A DNA stretch of 63,991 nt, filler included, from Rhabdomonas costata (Eukaryota), in NCBI GenBank assembly GCA_019059605.1. It is 13 parts of 13 records of this genome, joined end to end, with 100 filler letters (N's around TTAATTAATTAA, not from the genome) between each part and the next. Parts side by side here need not be neighbours in the genome. Positions count along the whole stretch, not along the records: positions 35,070 to 39,923 come from JAHMHO010000137.1; positions 40,024 to 44,863 come from JAHMHO010000138.1; positions 44,964 to 49,824 come from JAHMHO010000139.1; 10 more parts are not named here. One strand, written 5' to 3'. The notes beneath the pieces are model-generated. The model was not told where the DNA came from and did not search any database. It worked only from the letters and a program-made list of their open reading frames with translations. Shown here in pieces: positions 37,002 to 49,924 of this stretch (within the stretch, counting starts at the first letter, position 1; each line of letters opens with the position of its first letter). A program made the position numbers and the translations under genes.

Positions 37002-40000
37002 TGGTATTCGTTGTGATGCGCAGAAGGATCAGAGGAGAGGGGCGTGTGCCAAGGGACAAGCAAGGAGAAAGCAGCTGCCGCGGCCCTTTGAAACGAAAGG
37101 GGACGGTTAGGCTCTGAGCTCGACGTCATCACAAGGACCACCTCGCTATGGACTTGGCCATCATGGGAGTACTACAGCGACCAGCACTGTCCCTGGTTCA
37201 ATCAACATTGGCGGAGGAGGGTAAACGTTACCACTAACAACATAAAAACCCTTTTCGAGCACCCTGTCGTTCCACGCCACTGCATCACCATCACGCCCAA
37301 AGGTGCATTTCCGGAGTTTTCTATACTGTATTTCAAGCTGCCCATGATCAAGGGGACACACTTCGCTCTCCATGCCTCTTCGCCTCCTCCCCCTGCTCCA
37401 TCCAAACGCACAATATCACTGCATGCCACAAAAAAAGAACCACGATTTTCGCGTTTTCCATCGTGCAACGGTGTGAGCTAGGAAATGGGATAATGCCCTG
37501 GCGGATATCGCCTTCGCTCGACCTTCAAAAAACAAGAACGTATCAGAGGCGCCCACCATTGGCTAGAAACTCGTCTGCAGCACCAAACTTAGCTAAGAAT
37601 AGAATTGCAGTCTCCCATTAGACAAAATCTGCGACGTGGTCACCGTGAAGCTGTGTGGGAGAATAGAGTAGCACCCCAATTTCTGCGAATCCAGAACGAA
37701 AAAAGCTGCACGCGAGGGCATGAGGGGAGAAGTTGTGTTCGCGGAGTCAACACTGAGTAAGTTGTGAAAGAGAGTCACAGGCTTTTGAATACCAACGAAG
37801 AGGTGCGACGAGTCATCTACGGACTCCTCGCTAACCATCGCACCTGACAACAAATGCAGAAACAACAATCACGTCCCACAAGATACTCCACTGCAAACAA
37901 TGGAACCAGGGCGTCCCCAGCGTCCTTGAACCCCAAAGCTGAGCGGATGGCTTACACAACAGGTTTCAAGCCCAAATGACAACCTCTTAATCAACGTTCT
38001 TTGATTAAGAACAGTGCGCGACGCCACAATCCATCACAGAGCCGGTTGACGCTTGAGAAAACCAAGTGGGCCGAAACCTCCCAGAAGCTCCACAAATCTT
38101 CACCATCACAGCCTCCTCGTGGCATGTGGCATGACACTGAATCGGCAGATACGATCATGACAATCAAGACGAGAGCATTATTTGCGTTTTGATGAGTTGC
38201 CGTTCATCTGGACGGAGTGAGAGAGACTGAGGGGAGGGCTTGCCGCGCACCCCACTAGTATGGGCTGGTGTCGCAGTCACACTCACAGCAGGACTCTGGG
38301 CACACCCCGCAGCACGCAGGGCCGCCGCAGCACCGCAAAACCTGCGCAAACGTGAAAAGCAATAGGAAAATAGTCAGCGTCTTGCGTTTGCGGGCTATTT
38401 TAACGGGAGAAAAAGCTCAACTAGACGACGATAAAGGAGAAGTGCAAGCTCCGGAGCTCGACGACGCGAATAACGAAGAACATCAAACGGTACCCATCCA
38501 TGACGCCATCCGCAAGCATGAGGTGAAGCATGGTGCTTGTACTCGTGCCAGTGCTGGTCGTGGTGCTGCTCCTGGGGGTCACGCCCATGCGCACGGGATT
38601 GTTCTGGCATAGGTGTGGATCTGCTCTACCCGCCCTCCCCCTGCTGCTTGACAGGGTGGTGGCGGTGAAGGTGAGTCCACCGGCATCAACACCACCATGA
38701 ACATGAACGGTATTAGGAAGAACAACAACGACCAGCAAAAGAAGAAGGAGGAAAGGAAGAGGAAGAGAAGCAGGAGAAGGAGGAGGACGATGTGAAGCGC
38801 GCAAACCGTTCCCATTGCACAGAAGTAGCAGCCCAGCACCGCCAAGACACCGGCGCACCCCACCAGCCACACCACAGCCAGCAGCAGTGTGCCTGCCCAC
38901 CCAGAGTCCTCCGCTGCCACACAGCTTGTGGGGAGCTGGCTCACCCACAGCAGCCTCTGCACTCGCTCCAAAACACTCACCCCCACAGGGGCCTGGAGGT
39001 ATACATTGGGGTCGCACCGGTCTGCCCACCGCACCTGCAAAAGAAGAAGAACAACAACAACAAGACCATCGGCAACCACTAGGAAAGGACTGACGCCGCC
39101 GCATGCCCAACTTAACATTTCAACACACCAGCTGCGATCTCGAAAACGTGGAAAAACGAAATTTCAATTTTTCGGTGGAAAAATTCAGCTTTTTGGAGTC
39201 GGGACTCGTGAACGAGCCGAAGGGGAGTGCATTAATCGCCCGACAGCTCCGATGAGGGACAGTTGTCAAGGAAGGTGCTGACACAATACAAGAAAGCGCA
39301 GAGGTACAAGAAATGCAACCGCAAGGTAACAGCAAAAGAACCGAAGTTCATTTATGCACACGTAAGACTGTGGGGCCTGAGGTGTGGCAATGAAAGCAGA
39401 AGGGAATGCGAGTCTGGGCGAAAGAATTGTCGATGCGTGTGCGTGCGTCGGGAAGACCAAGGCACGAAAAGAGCCGCCCAGAACGCAGCGTGCGGTTGAC
39501 TCCGCAGGGATATCACGGTGACCGTTGTAATCCAAATGGAACACCACCGCCGGATTGACTGGTGCAAAAAAAAAAGCAATGCTGCAAAAAAATTCAGCGC
39601 ATGCACACACTTACACCTTTCGAGGCACCCTTTCTGGAAACGGCTTTTCCCGCTGCTTCTGAGGGCTTTCCACGGAAGACCCTCCCCAGGGCTGCTGGAC
39701 CGGAGCGTGTTGCCGACCAAGGGCCGCATCAAAGCCAAACACGGCAGCCACGTCCTCGGCCTCGTGCACGCCGGAAGCGGAGGAGGAGGAACTGTTGGTG
39801 GCTGCCTCGGCGGCCCCGCACGGCGCAAACAGAGGGCTCGGCTGAAACAGCCGCTCCAGCTGTGCACCCCCCCACACACATATCCATAACCCTTTATCCC
39901 TAAATCCCTCCCCCCAAATCACANNNNNNNNNNNNNNNNNNNNNNNNNNNNNNNNNNNNNNNNNNNNTTAATTAATTAANNNNNNNNNNNNNNNNNNNNN

Positions 40001-40023
40001 NNNNNNNNNNNNNNNNNNNNNNN

Positions 40024-40140
40024 TGGTGAGGCCAGATGGGCCCATGCCCCATCGAGGGTGGGGAGCCCATGGGGGAAGAGAAACGCGAGTCTTCCCCAGA
40101 AAAAAGTCGTCCCGGCCAAGTGCACAATGTGTGTGTGTGC
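40024..40140 (-). repeat. Dispersed repeat family B, copy 1 (CA-microsatellite-flanked element end)
   Basis: Reverse complement (CACACACATTGTGCACTTGGC...GATGGGGCATGGGCCCATCTGGCCTCAC) aligns with 56990-57102. Confidence 0.8.
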
Positions 40141-40237
40141 ATCGCCTCTGTGCATTACCAGCAAAAAAAAAAGGTGCCCACAAACGGCAACCATTGGCCA
40201 TAGGGTCCCGCCTTTGCTGTTGAGATGGTTTTCACAG

Positions 40238-41131
40238 GCAGTTCTTCAAGGGCGACTTCCCGTTGGTGCTGTGCAGCAAGCAGCGGGAAGGAGATGCTCG
40301 CCTCCTGCGAGTGACGGAGGGAGACCCTCGGGGATGCCATGTTGTCATTGTTGATGATCTGTATGTCTGCTGTGATGGGAGAGGAGGTGGTGTGTCGTCC
40401 AGTGAAGGGATGGGGGGTGTGATTGTTCACCCTTGGAGTGTCGATAAATGGAATGTTCTCTCCTTTTGCTGGGTTTTTTGATAGTGTGAGGAAACCGCAG
40501 TTAAAGAAAGGGTCAGGAAGACAGAGCCTGTGAGCACCCGCTGCTCATGCTCATTTTTGGGGGCACAGGGTGCAGAGTGGAGGTACACTGATCGCCTGCA
40601 AGGAGGCCCTTCTGCACGGGGGAGCCGCTCGGGTCAGCGCGTTCATCACCCACGCGGTCTTCCCTAACGGGTATGAGAGATCGTACACTCACTCTTCCTT
40701 CTCACTCTTCCTTCTCACCGTTCCATCGCACATGGCGCGTCGCAACTCCGAACCTCAGAACGAATGTATCCTATGTCCTTTCGGAATTTATTCTAGAGAG
40801 AGAAACTCGCGCCTGCGGCGTGAAATCGTTATTTGTGGGTCCTTTTCGTACAATTCCACACTAAAATGGCGGGTGCATCACTGGAACTTTCATTCGCTAA
40901 TCTGACGACTCCAGGCTCCTCCACCTTGTCTCCCGAAACGGTACTTTGGTTTTCCGCTCACATGCACACAGGTCGTGGAAGCGGTTTGCGGAGGACAAAC
41001 AGTGGAACAAGATTTTCATTACCAACACCAACCCGGAGACGGTCAAGGAAATTGGAACCACTCCCCCATTTGAACTGCTCAGTATCGGGGAGGAAATCAC
41101 CAAGTTTCTCAGGGCTTTCTGGACCCCCTGA
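40238..41131 (+). CDS. prs: Ribose-phosphate pyrophosphokinase, class II (plant PRS3/PRS4-like), 3' part. Exons 40238-40360, 40569-40670, 40972-41131
   Basis: [11 protein letters not shown]....[57 protein letters not shown], in phase. Confidence 0.9.
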
Positions 41132-44100
41132 GCGCAAACACTCTCCCCCTCGTCTACTCCCTCTACTCCCTCTGTCCCTGTATTTTTCAACTCCTTTCCT
41201 TTTGGTGCGCTGTTTCCGTAGCTTCGGATTCAAACGTATGAAACGTTGTGGCGTTGGTCTTGTTTTAGCTTCTGCGCAATCTTCTGCTTCGCCGTGGATT
41301 TGCTCCAGGGCATTGCAGAGCCGAAAACGGCATTTTATATGCACCCATTTCTTGGAAGAGACGAGGTACCGCAGCGGAACGTGCGGCGGTGCGGATGTGA
41401 AGTTCGCTGGGTTGCGTTGATCTCCCAGTTTAGTCTGGAACATTTTTCGCGAATTGCACCCTGCGGGCCCGGCAAAAACCTGGGCTTCCCAACGCCCCAA
41501 GACATGGGCATCCCGCTTATTTCTGCATAAGGGGACATGTCCCAAAACCCAAAATCGCGTGCTCACACACACCTCGCCCTAGAAGCCTTCGGAACGGGCG
41601 CAGTGCCCTGACCGCTGCTGTGGTGTGTGCTTTCGAGTGGACACACAACATTGCTCTGATTCTCTGCCTGGGTAAATGGGAACTTCAAAAGGGCCGGGAG
41701 GCCGGCTAAAGCAACAACTCCGGAAAGAAACCCCCATAATACGTTCTTGCCGATGGGATTTGGCCTTTGTCATTGTTCAAACCGTGCAGCTGGGACCCAC
41801 CGCCCCGTAGGGGCGCAAGGCGGCTTAATGCTCAAATTCGTCGGCTTCCCCGTGTGTATTGCTCAAATATCCGCCCCATCCGTTCTCTGCGTTGGTGTCT
41901 CCTTTGCTTTGGCCGTGTCTCACCGGTTTGTTTTGCCCATTTGGCACACCCTGCTCGTCTCACAAATCACCCGGCGAGCGGGGCGCACGGGTTTTTTTAC
42001 GCGGTGTTTCGCTGTTTTCTTGAATCAAGTATTGGCCGGCATCGCTTTGACACAAGGTAAAGGACCAGAAGGCCTCCAGCCGCTTCCTTCGGACCCTTCC
42101 CCCCCCGATTTGTTTCCCCAAATTTTTCCTACCAAGCCTCGTGTTTCCAGCGTTTGACCCGAAGGAAGCGGAACCCACGAGTGGGTGAAAAACAAACGCT
42201 GGTGACGCACAAGCGGCCCGAAGAGAAGCGGTAGAGGGCGTAAATGTCTTTGAAGTCCGTTGAAAAGGGTCTGCGTCCATGAGGGCCAGAATCGCGAGAA
42301 GCCATTCTTTCTAGGCGGGCCAAATCCACCCGTCCTTGTGCCGGAGCGGGGCGTGTCGTGCTTGTCGTGCGGTCTCTGTTTGTTTTGTCTGTTTGTTTAT
42401 ATGCTTTCTTTCGGTCACCCCGGCCCGGCATCTCCTAAGGGGCCGTGCTTTACCAGCCGGCGTCTACATCTTCATGGTTCTGCGGCGTCGGCCCGCACGT
42501 TGCTTTTTGCCCCCGAATCAGCCCTTTCAAAAGTGGACGCCATAAAAAACTATTCATAAGGGCGGGGCGGGTTCAGGGCGGAGCGCCCTGAAACCCAAAC
42601 ATTTTAACACATTTTCACAAAAATCTACTAAGTTACCAAAGGGGGCTGCTCCGGAAGGCCCCCAGCAGCACCGTCGGCCGTTGGGAACCTGGAGCCAATA
42701 CCGGCTACTTGCCTTGGTGTGGGAATCCGCGACCGACGTTCACGGCCCCAAGCGCAATCATACAAAAGACCGTAAATCCTGGTTGCCCGTCGTGTCGGCG
42801 ACCGGGGTAGTGCCTCATACCCCTTGGTGGTGATCGTGGCGCTTTTATCTCTTCTGAAAGACCGCATCCTGACTTAGCTTTGGCTAAGTGGGCGATGCCG
42901 CGGCATAACTTGGAGTAAACACCCAGAAAGAGGCGGTGTTTTCCCGATCCCGGTGTTTCAACCCTTTGTTGGCTTCGGTGGCCGCCGCCGTGTGGGCTAT
43001 ATCTTTGGTTTCAAGTCAGGCGTGTGTTGCGTCGGGCTCTCCGGCTCCGAGCTTGCTTGTTCTAGATGTGAATGGGTGCTGTGATGGGTCTTTTGAAAAT
43101 TTGATGGTGGGGTCCTTGGGGTCTCTTGAAATTGGCACCAACTTGTTCCTCTTTTTATTCTAGATCTGTTCTGCTTATAAATTCCCTTTATTCGGAAGGA
43201 TCAACAAAAGCAACTGCACGTGCGCTTCGGGGATTGCACCATAGCGATCTTATTTTCACCATTACCCCACAACCCGTTTTAGCTTGGCCTTCTTTTTAGC
43301 CATGGCCTTGCCTCATAATTTCCCGTCTACTTCGGAAACTCTTTACTTATATACGGGGACCTCTCTTCTTTCCTCTCTGTTTGCTTGCCGCTCTCCTTTC
43401 TCCTGTTCTTTTAACTGCCATCTAGTTTACGGTCGCTGACTCGCGTGACTTCCTTTCCACCCGCAGGTACAGTCGGTAATATAGTATATTCGGGCCGTGA
43501 GTTTATACGACTTGCCTCGGTCAGATGTTCTGGCTCCAGCTTCCCCTCAGTCTAATCGTTTTCCCCATTCAATGGCGCTCATTAACGCAAAATTTCAATC
43601 TTTTCAAGCTCCAATGAGTCAAAAACTACCGCGCAAAATTTGGACGACCGCGGGCCGTGCAGACGATGCAGAATTACCAGTGCAAACAGCTCAACGATGT
43701 CTTGCACAACGCGCTTACCAATGAGAACCCCACTTTTTCCTACGCTGTCTTTAGCCTGTAAAAGATCTACGGGACCGTGTACCAGTAAGAGTCGTTGGAA
43801 GTCACCAAGAAAGCGTGTAAGCACTACGCAAATGCGCGATATAGATACTGGGTGAGCATCTCAACACTTTGTGTCCCCACGGCTTCAATTCGGCGGTCCC
43901 CTAGAGACCCGTCCTGGATGATGCTACGGTGTCGCGTCCCCCAGAGAGACTGGACTAAGATGGTACCAGAAGAATAAGAAGACTGAGTGGAGCGACAAGT
44001 CCAGACCTGAATGAACCGGCTGAAGTCGTACGACAGCGGCCTTGCAGGAGCTGAGGTCCTGGAACAAAGACAAGCTGCGAGAGACGCTTGACTGGATTCA

Positions 44101-46242
44101 AGCTAACGTGCCAGCCAGGGAGAGGAACGCAAACCTGATCTAGGTGGAAACGGCATCATCGACGAACTCAAGCGGCTCCAATCTCTTCCCAGGAATAGGC
44201 ACTTCCTGAAGTTCGATTTCGGAAACAAGGACGCCTTCACCTCCTCCTCCGCAATTTAAAACACCCAGAACCTGAGGTCGGTGCGGCCATCATGGTGTGC
44301 GACATGCCATTCTCAGCAACTATGCCGATGCCGAGCAGGAACTGGACCTTTCCAAAGCGCTGACTGATGATCTCAACGATTGCTGGTGCAGCAGCGCCTG
44401 TTCAAGCCCACCATTCAAACGAAAAACCTCAACTGGCCTTATCTCATGGCGATAGCAGAGCGGGGCTGCAAGTTCCGCCGTATCAACCAAGAAGAATTCA
44501 ATTCAAGAAGAATTTCTCCAGAAAGGCAGGAGGGTACACACCTCCCTGAGCCGCAAAGTTTCCCGAGCTTAGTGAAAATACAAGCTCAAGAAGGGCCAAT
44601 CGGATGATGACATCAAATGTTTTTGGTTATAGACCGATGGTAAATGAAAACACCGAGCATGGGTGCGATCAGGCAGCAATGATCAACAACCTCAAGGAAT
44701 CCATTTGGGAAGCCTTTGTAATAGAGTAGGCCGCTTCAGCAGCACAGGTTTTAATTTCCTCGGAAATGGCGTCACAGAGGATATGGCTAACCTTTGGCAT
44801 ACCTGATCAACAGCTCCTCTTACAACGGAGTACGCCTCCAAAATGCCGATTTTCCACCAACCCNNNNNNNNNNNNNNNNNNNNNNNNNNNNNNNNNNNNN
44901 NNNNNNNTTAATTAATTAANNNNNNNNNNNNNNNNNNNNNNNNNNNNNNNNNNNNNNNNNNNNTTTGTTTTGGTCGTCCCGCCAGTGGTTCTGCCCGAGC
45001 TGCCAGTTGACGCAGGCGTAACCAGATGCTCCTCGAAGGGTATGGTGTTTTGCACCCAGTTTGTTGTGTGGACGTGTGGGGGTGAAGGTTCTCCAGTGCG
45101 TGTATCCCCCCCCCTCAGCAGGGTTGTTCGGGGTTGTACAGCTGTACAGCAGGGAACCAAATGACCTTCCCCTTGGAGGGCGCTCCTTCGGCATCCCGCC
45201 GCCGAAAGTTCGGGAGGGGGCGGGAGGGCTTAAACGGGTTGGCTTGAAAGGGAGAAGGGAGAAGAAGTTGCAGAGTTAGGATTTGCGATGCGCCTCTGTT
45301 GTCCACGCTTTTTCGTGCTGTGGAGCGGTGGGGTCCAAAATCCAAGCTCCTGGCTGCTTCGTTTCGTGGGGGCCCCAGATTCCAGCCCAGATAGGGTGGG
45401 CCACAAATGCACCTTTGCCGTGAGTTGAGGCTTCGGTGGAGGGGTGACGTCAATCGTGTAACGCCCTTTTGAGTGACCCCTCATTGGCACGTCCCTGCCT
45501 CATCCGTCCGATCCGGCACTAAAATAATGATGTCCCCATCGATCCACAGAGTCCCAAAAAGTTCAGCACCCGCCTCCCCTCCACAAATAGAATTGTACCA
45601 AGCAGGGAGTTGAAGGGGGTTTGTTGGCTTAGGAGAGGTAATACAGGTGATCATAGCGACACCTGCAGCCGCATTCACCCCCGCCCCCCCGCTTTTCCGC
45701 TTCTCAGGCAAATGGGCCGGGCTGCAGTAATGCCGGCGGTAATTCCTGTCTTTTCCTGATCCCTTCGTCCCTGTTTCCTTTCTCAACACACGTTTACGAG
45801 TGTTGAGAAAGGCTGGAGAGTTGGGCTGCTGAGCATTGGTGGGAACCCACATTGGGAGTTCCGCTGCTTTACAGCTTTCCTATCCACCGCATTCCTCTTG
45901 CCTTTTTCTTTCCTCTGGACGCGACCGCTGTGAGGAGGGACGAGCGCTGCATTAGTGTGTTGAGGTGGGTGGGTGATGTTCGAGAGCTCCTTGAGCGCGC
46001 ATTCCTTACTGAAGGTTTTCTTACGCCCATGCCAGTCAGCTGTGAGGTTTTTTGGTGGTGAGGTTTTGCATTTGTTTCGCTTTGGCATTTCTGAAGAATT
46101 TAGCTGAAAGTGGTTGCACGCGAAAATTCCACAGACGAAGTCACTCACGTCGGCATGCTACGAAGTGGTCATCTGGAATGGTTGCGTCTCTGGAGTGGTC
46201 TATTTTTCGTTCGTGTGTGTGTGTGGGGGGGGGCAACCGCAG

Positions 46243-46443
46243 GCCTACCAAACCGTGATGAACTTCCGGAATAGCCTTCCATCTATCGACCTCCAGAATA
46301 TCATCACAAAGGCGGAGGGAACCTTTAGCCTGGACAATCTGAAGAGCCAGTTCGACAGCCTCCAGAAGAGCGTCGTGGACACTGTCACCAACCTGCCAAG
46401 TTCCCTTCCAGACCTGCCTTCTAGTCTGCCCACGACCACGTGA
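46243..46443 (+). CDS. Terminal exon of an unknown protein (AYQTVMNFRNSLPSIDL...LPSSLPDLPSSLPTTT*)
   Basis: CAG acceptor after a GT/pyrimidine tract, 201-nt open frame with coding-like codon use, ending in TGA. Confidence 0.5.
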   Translation, partial: AYQTVMNFRNSLPSIDLQNIITKAEGTFSLDNLKSQFDSLQKSVVDTVTNLPSSLPDLPSSLPTTT

Positions 46444-49400
46444 GAGGGCTCAGTGCTGACATGGACTGCGCCACTTCTTCAGCGTTAGAGTGCCCTTGTC
46501 GCGCACAACACACAATGCACACAACTATTTTTGCAAAAGAGCAACGCTCTGTTGGTGACTGCTCTCCTGATAGCTTGTGGTGTGCTTTAATGCGTTTTGT
46601 GCTTTTTATGCTTTGTCTGCTCGCGGTTCTGTGAAGAAGGCCAACGAATGAGCTGTTGCGCTGCTGCTTCGATTTCCTCCCACCATACGTATTGAACTTG
46701 CAAAGGCGCCTAATCAAGTTGCAAAAGTAGCAAATAAGAAACCTAAAAAGTAAGCTACATCCCGAACTCTTGTCACACTTTAGTATGTTGCGAGTTTCCA
46801 ACGGAAGTCCTTGGAACGCTTCAAGATGCCTCAAGGCTGGTATGTATGTACACAATGATTTACACAATGTTTTATAATTATTTGGGGAGAGGCGATTGGG
46901 GTATATGTGTTTCTTTGGGAAGAGGGAGATAGCGGGTATAGTTGGGTGGATGGGAGGTGTATGAGTTTGTTGTGGAGGAGGGAGCTGCTCCGTGGAAGTG
47001 GAGCGATATGTAATAATCAGGAGAGCTTTCGCTGTCCCACGCCTGCTTCTCCGTGTGGATTTGTCTTCCAGCCCGCGAACCGACGCACAACAGAAACCTC
47101 GGGTGGTTGGATGAACGGCGCAACTGGGCATGCATCACATCTGTTGTGTTAGGAAGTGGTTGACTGGTTGTCAATGTGTCGAGGGTGAACCAGTGAGGAA
47201 GAGCCCTGCAAAAGCAGGCGATTTTGCAAAATCCAAATGTGGGCCATCTGGAGCTGTACAAAAGGCCGAGTTCCAATAAGGGCACCAATAATAACGGCAG
47301 TGAATTCTGGAGCAAAGAATAATGTCGTCGTCCAGATGTTCCATAAGACGCCTTCCACTGAACCAACATTGCCCACAAGAGGCTGCGCAGCAAGGGAAAA
47401 CACTGGAGCCAGCGGATTGCCATGCGACGTTAGCACCACAGATGGGTTGACAATCAACTGTGCATCGGTATTATAAAGGAACTCAGACCAAGGGTAACGA
47501 CGGCTGCGCGGTTGCATGCTTTTAATGCCTTCTTGAAGTCAGGTTTCCGTCCTACTTGCTTGATCTCCCCTGCTAAATTCAACCTTTGGCGCTCATCATC
47601 CCAAACGCAAGCTGCAAAGGACACATGGCGAGTTGGATACCCGCGCTGGCCACTTATTCACAAAGACTTTATTCGTTATCATCTTCGGAAAGCGTCTTTT
47701 AGCAATGCGGCCGATACCGCCATCTTCCTTGGAAAAAGTGGGCCGGAGCTTCCGCGAGATCAGAAGCTTCTAACTGTGCGCCACGGGCCGCGTTCCCAAG
47801 GACGAATCCCAAGGACGCGCAGACTTTTCTGGTCCTGCGTGCCTGCTACCAGATTTTTTTCGCTGATTTCTTCTCGGGTGCGGCCCCGTTTGCAGCGGAC
47901 GTCAAAAACTATTTGCCAGAAACCAACTGGAACCCTTCCGGAATGATCCTCGTTGCCCAGAAAGCGCTTTCGGATATCGGGGGCCTTGTCCTACAAGGCG
48001 CGAAAAATATCTGGCGCAATTAAAGTAATTGCCCCAGTGGAATTACCGGGGTTCTGAATGACCCTTTCACACTCCATTGACGTGGCTCCGAACGCTTTAG
48101 ACGGTGATGCCTCTCCCGCTGGACTTTATCCCGACCTTGCTTGCTCAAGGTGGGCGCTGCCTCGACTTACCTAGGTGACTCGCACCTACCGACCGTGGCT
48201 TCCCTTCTTCACTTCCCGGGGGTCGCTGTTGAGCTGCTTTCCTCGAGTTTCGCCTTTTTTAAAGGAGGGGGGGCGCCGACCAATTGCCTTCACCAAGCCG
48301 GTTTGGAATATAGAAACCTTTTGGGCACAGCTTTGGCAAATAAAGGTGGAGTGAAATGCACGTGTGGCTCTTTGTGGGGATGCTCTGGGCAAAGGTGTGG
48401 TCGAATTGTCGGGGTTTAGGGCTCGCACCTTCTGGGGTTTTGGAGGGGTTCCGCTGGGCAGGTCTCGCCGCTTATGCCTTTCCAAGATATCCAACCAAAG
48501 AGAAGGATGTGGAATTGGCACACGACTGCACACACCCTGTCCTGTGTAACTCTGCAGCGTTCCCACCCCTCACGCTCTGCAAACCCAACGCCTCTTTACT
48601 CTCTGAAGGTCCCTCCTGGTCTCCGCTCGGCTCTGGCCTGCGGTTCTGCTGTGGTTCTTTTATATCACCTCTGTAACAACAAAAGGCGAAAATAAAGAGA
48701 AAAACACTCTGGAAAACAAAGCGATCTGAATATTTTTGGATTTCTTCAACACCTAACGTTAATTTTGAAATCCTAGACAAAAGATGGGACCATAACCTTT
48801 CAAACTGCCGCAGTGTAACACACCACACTGTCCGTCTTCTCCTCCTGCATCCGCTGAGGCCTTGTCTGTAAAAATCCTCTGAAATCTCGGCTTCCTCGTC
48901 GCTTTCACGTGTGAAAACTCTGGAAAAACGCTGTGGATGCATCCTTCTTCCTCTGAAAAACTCCGAAAACATGCCACCTGAATCGCTACAGTCGGGTCGT
49001 GTGCACGCATTCCCCTTCCATGCGGCCTCACTCCTGTGGCCTGGTTATCTGTCTCGGGATCTTACCCCACTAACTCTCTATCGGCCATCCGTCTCTCACC
49101 TGGCTCTACTCTGCTCTGCTCTCTCGCCCAGCTGTGGCTATGTAGCCTGACCTAGCGCTTGGCCAGGAGCTGGCTCACAAGAGACTGAGATCCGTCTCCG
49201 CCCACCTTGTCGGCTCTCTGGAATCTCTGTAAAACATCTGGAAACTAGTCTCTGGAAACACCTTGATGTCCTGGATGTCTAACTCTGGAATGAGGAACAC
49301 CTTGGTGACCTGTACCGTTACATCCCCACAATATGCTTTTGTTGCCGCTCCCTACGCCGAACAAGGTGGGGAACAACGAGCCTAGTTTGAAAAGCGGCAG

Positions 49401-49924
49401 ATTGCAGCGTTTTGCACGGTTAATTCTTTTTGTGTCATTTTCGCTGATGTCAGTTGAGCATTCCCACGAAGCTTCCTTTATACGCAAAAGCGTTATCCCA
49501 CACAAAAAACTCCCTTTGGATCATATCATTGCCTTCCGCAAGTTTTTCGGTTCAAACCTAAAAAGACGCTAAAAAAGCCCCGTTGGCGCAGAAACCTGTT
49601 GACAAAAGGAGCCAAGCGCAGGAGCAGCAGAACAGAAGTACAAATATAAGAGAGGGGGCTTCTAGGAGAGACGCGCTGGCAGAAGAAAGAAACACGCGCA
49701 CTGAGCAGGGAAGGGCAGAAGAGGGGGTGCTTGGCGGGGCAAAATAGAAAGAGGGAGGCCGCAGGTCTCGCGCCAAGTCGCGGGCTGCAAGAAAAGGCCA
49801 AAGCCCACCACAGAAACACACCACNNNNNNNNNNNNNNNNNNNNNNNNNNNNNNNNNNNNNNNNNNNNTTAATTAATTAANNNNNNNNNNNNNNNNNNNN
49901 NNNNNNNNNNNNNNNNNNNNNNNN

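Noticed and set aside
38400-39110. Overlapping low-complexity ORFs on both strands
   Set aside because: Could not determine the coding strand or frame; purine-rich simple sequence explains the open frames.
35748-41131. purH next to prs, suggesting a purine gene cluster
   Set aside because: They are on different contigs separated by a spacer, so the adjacency is an artefact of concatenation.
43500-44860. Coding-like, stop-riddled region, perhaps a decayed TE ORF
   Set aside because: No diagnostic gag, RT or transposase motif recognised.
47149-48500. Possible decayed LINE (EDGGIG motif, minus strand)
   Set aside because: One short motif only; no RT core seen.
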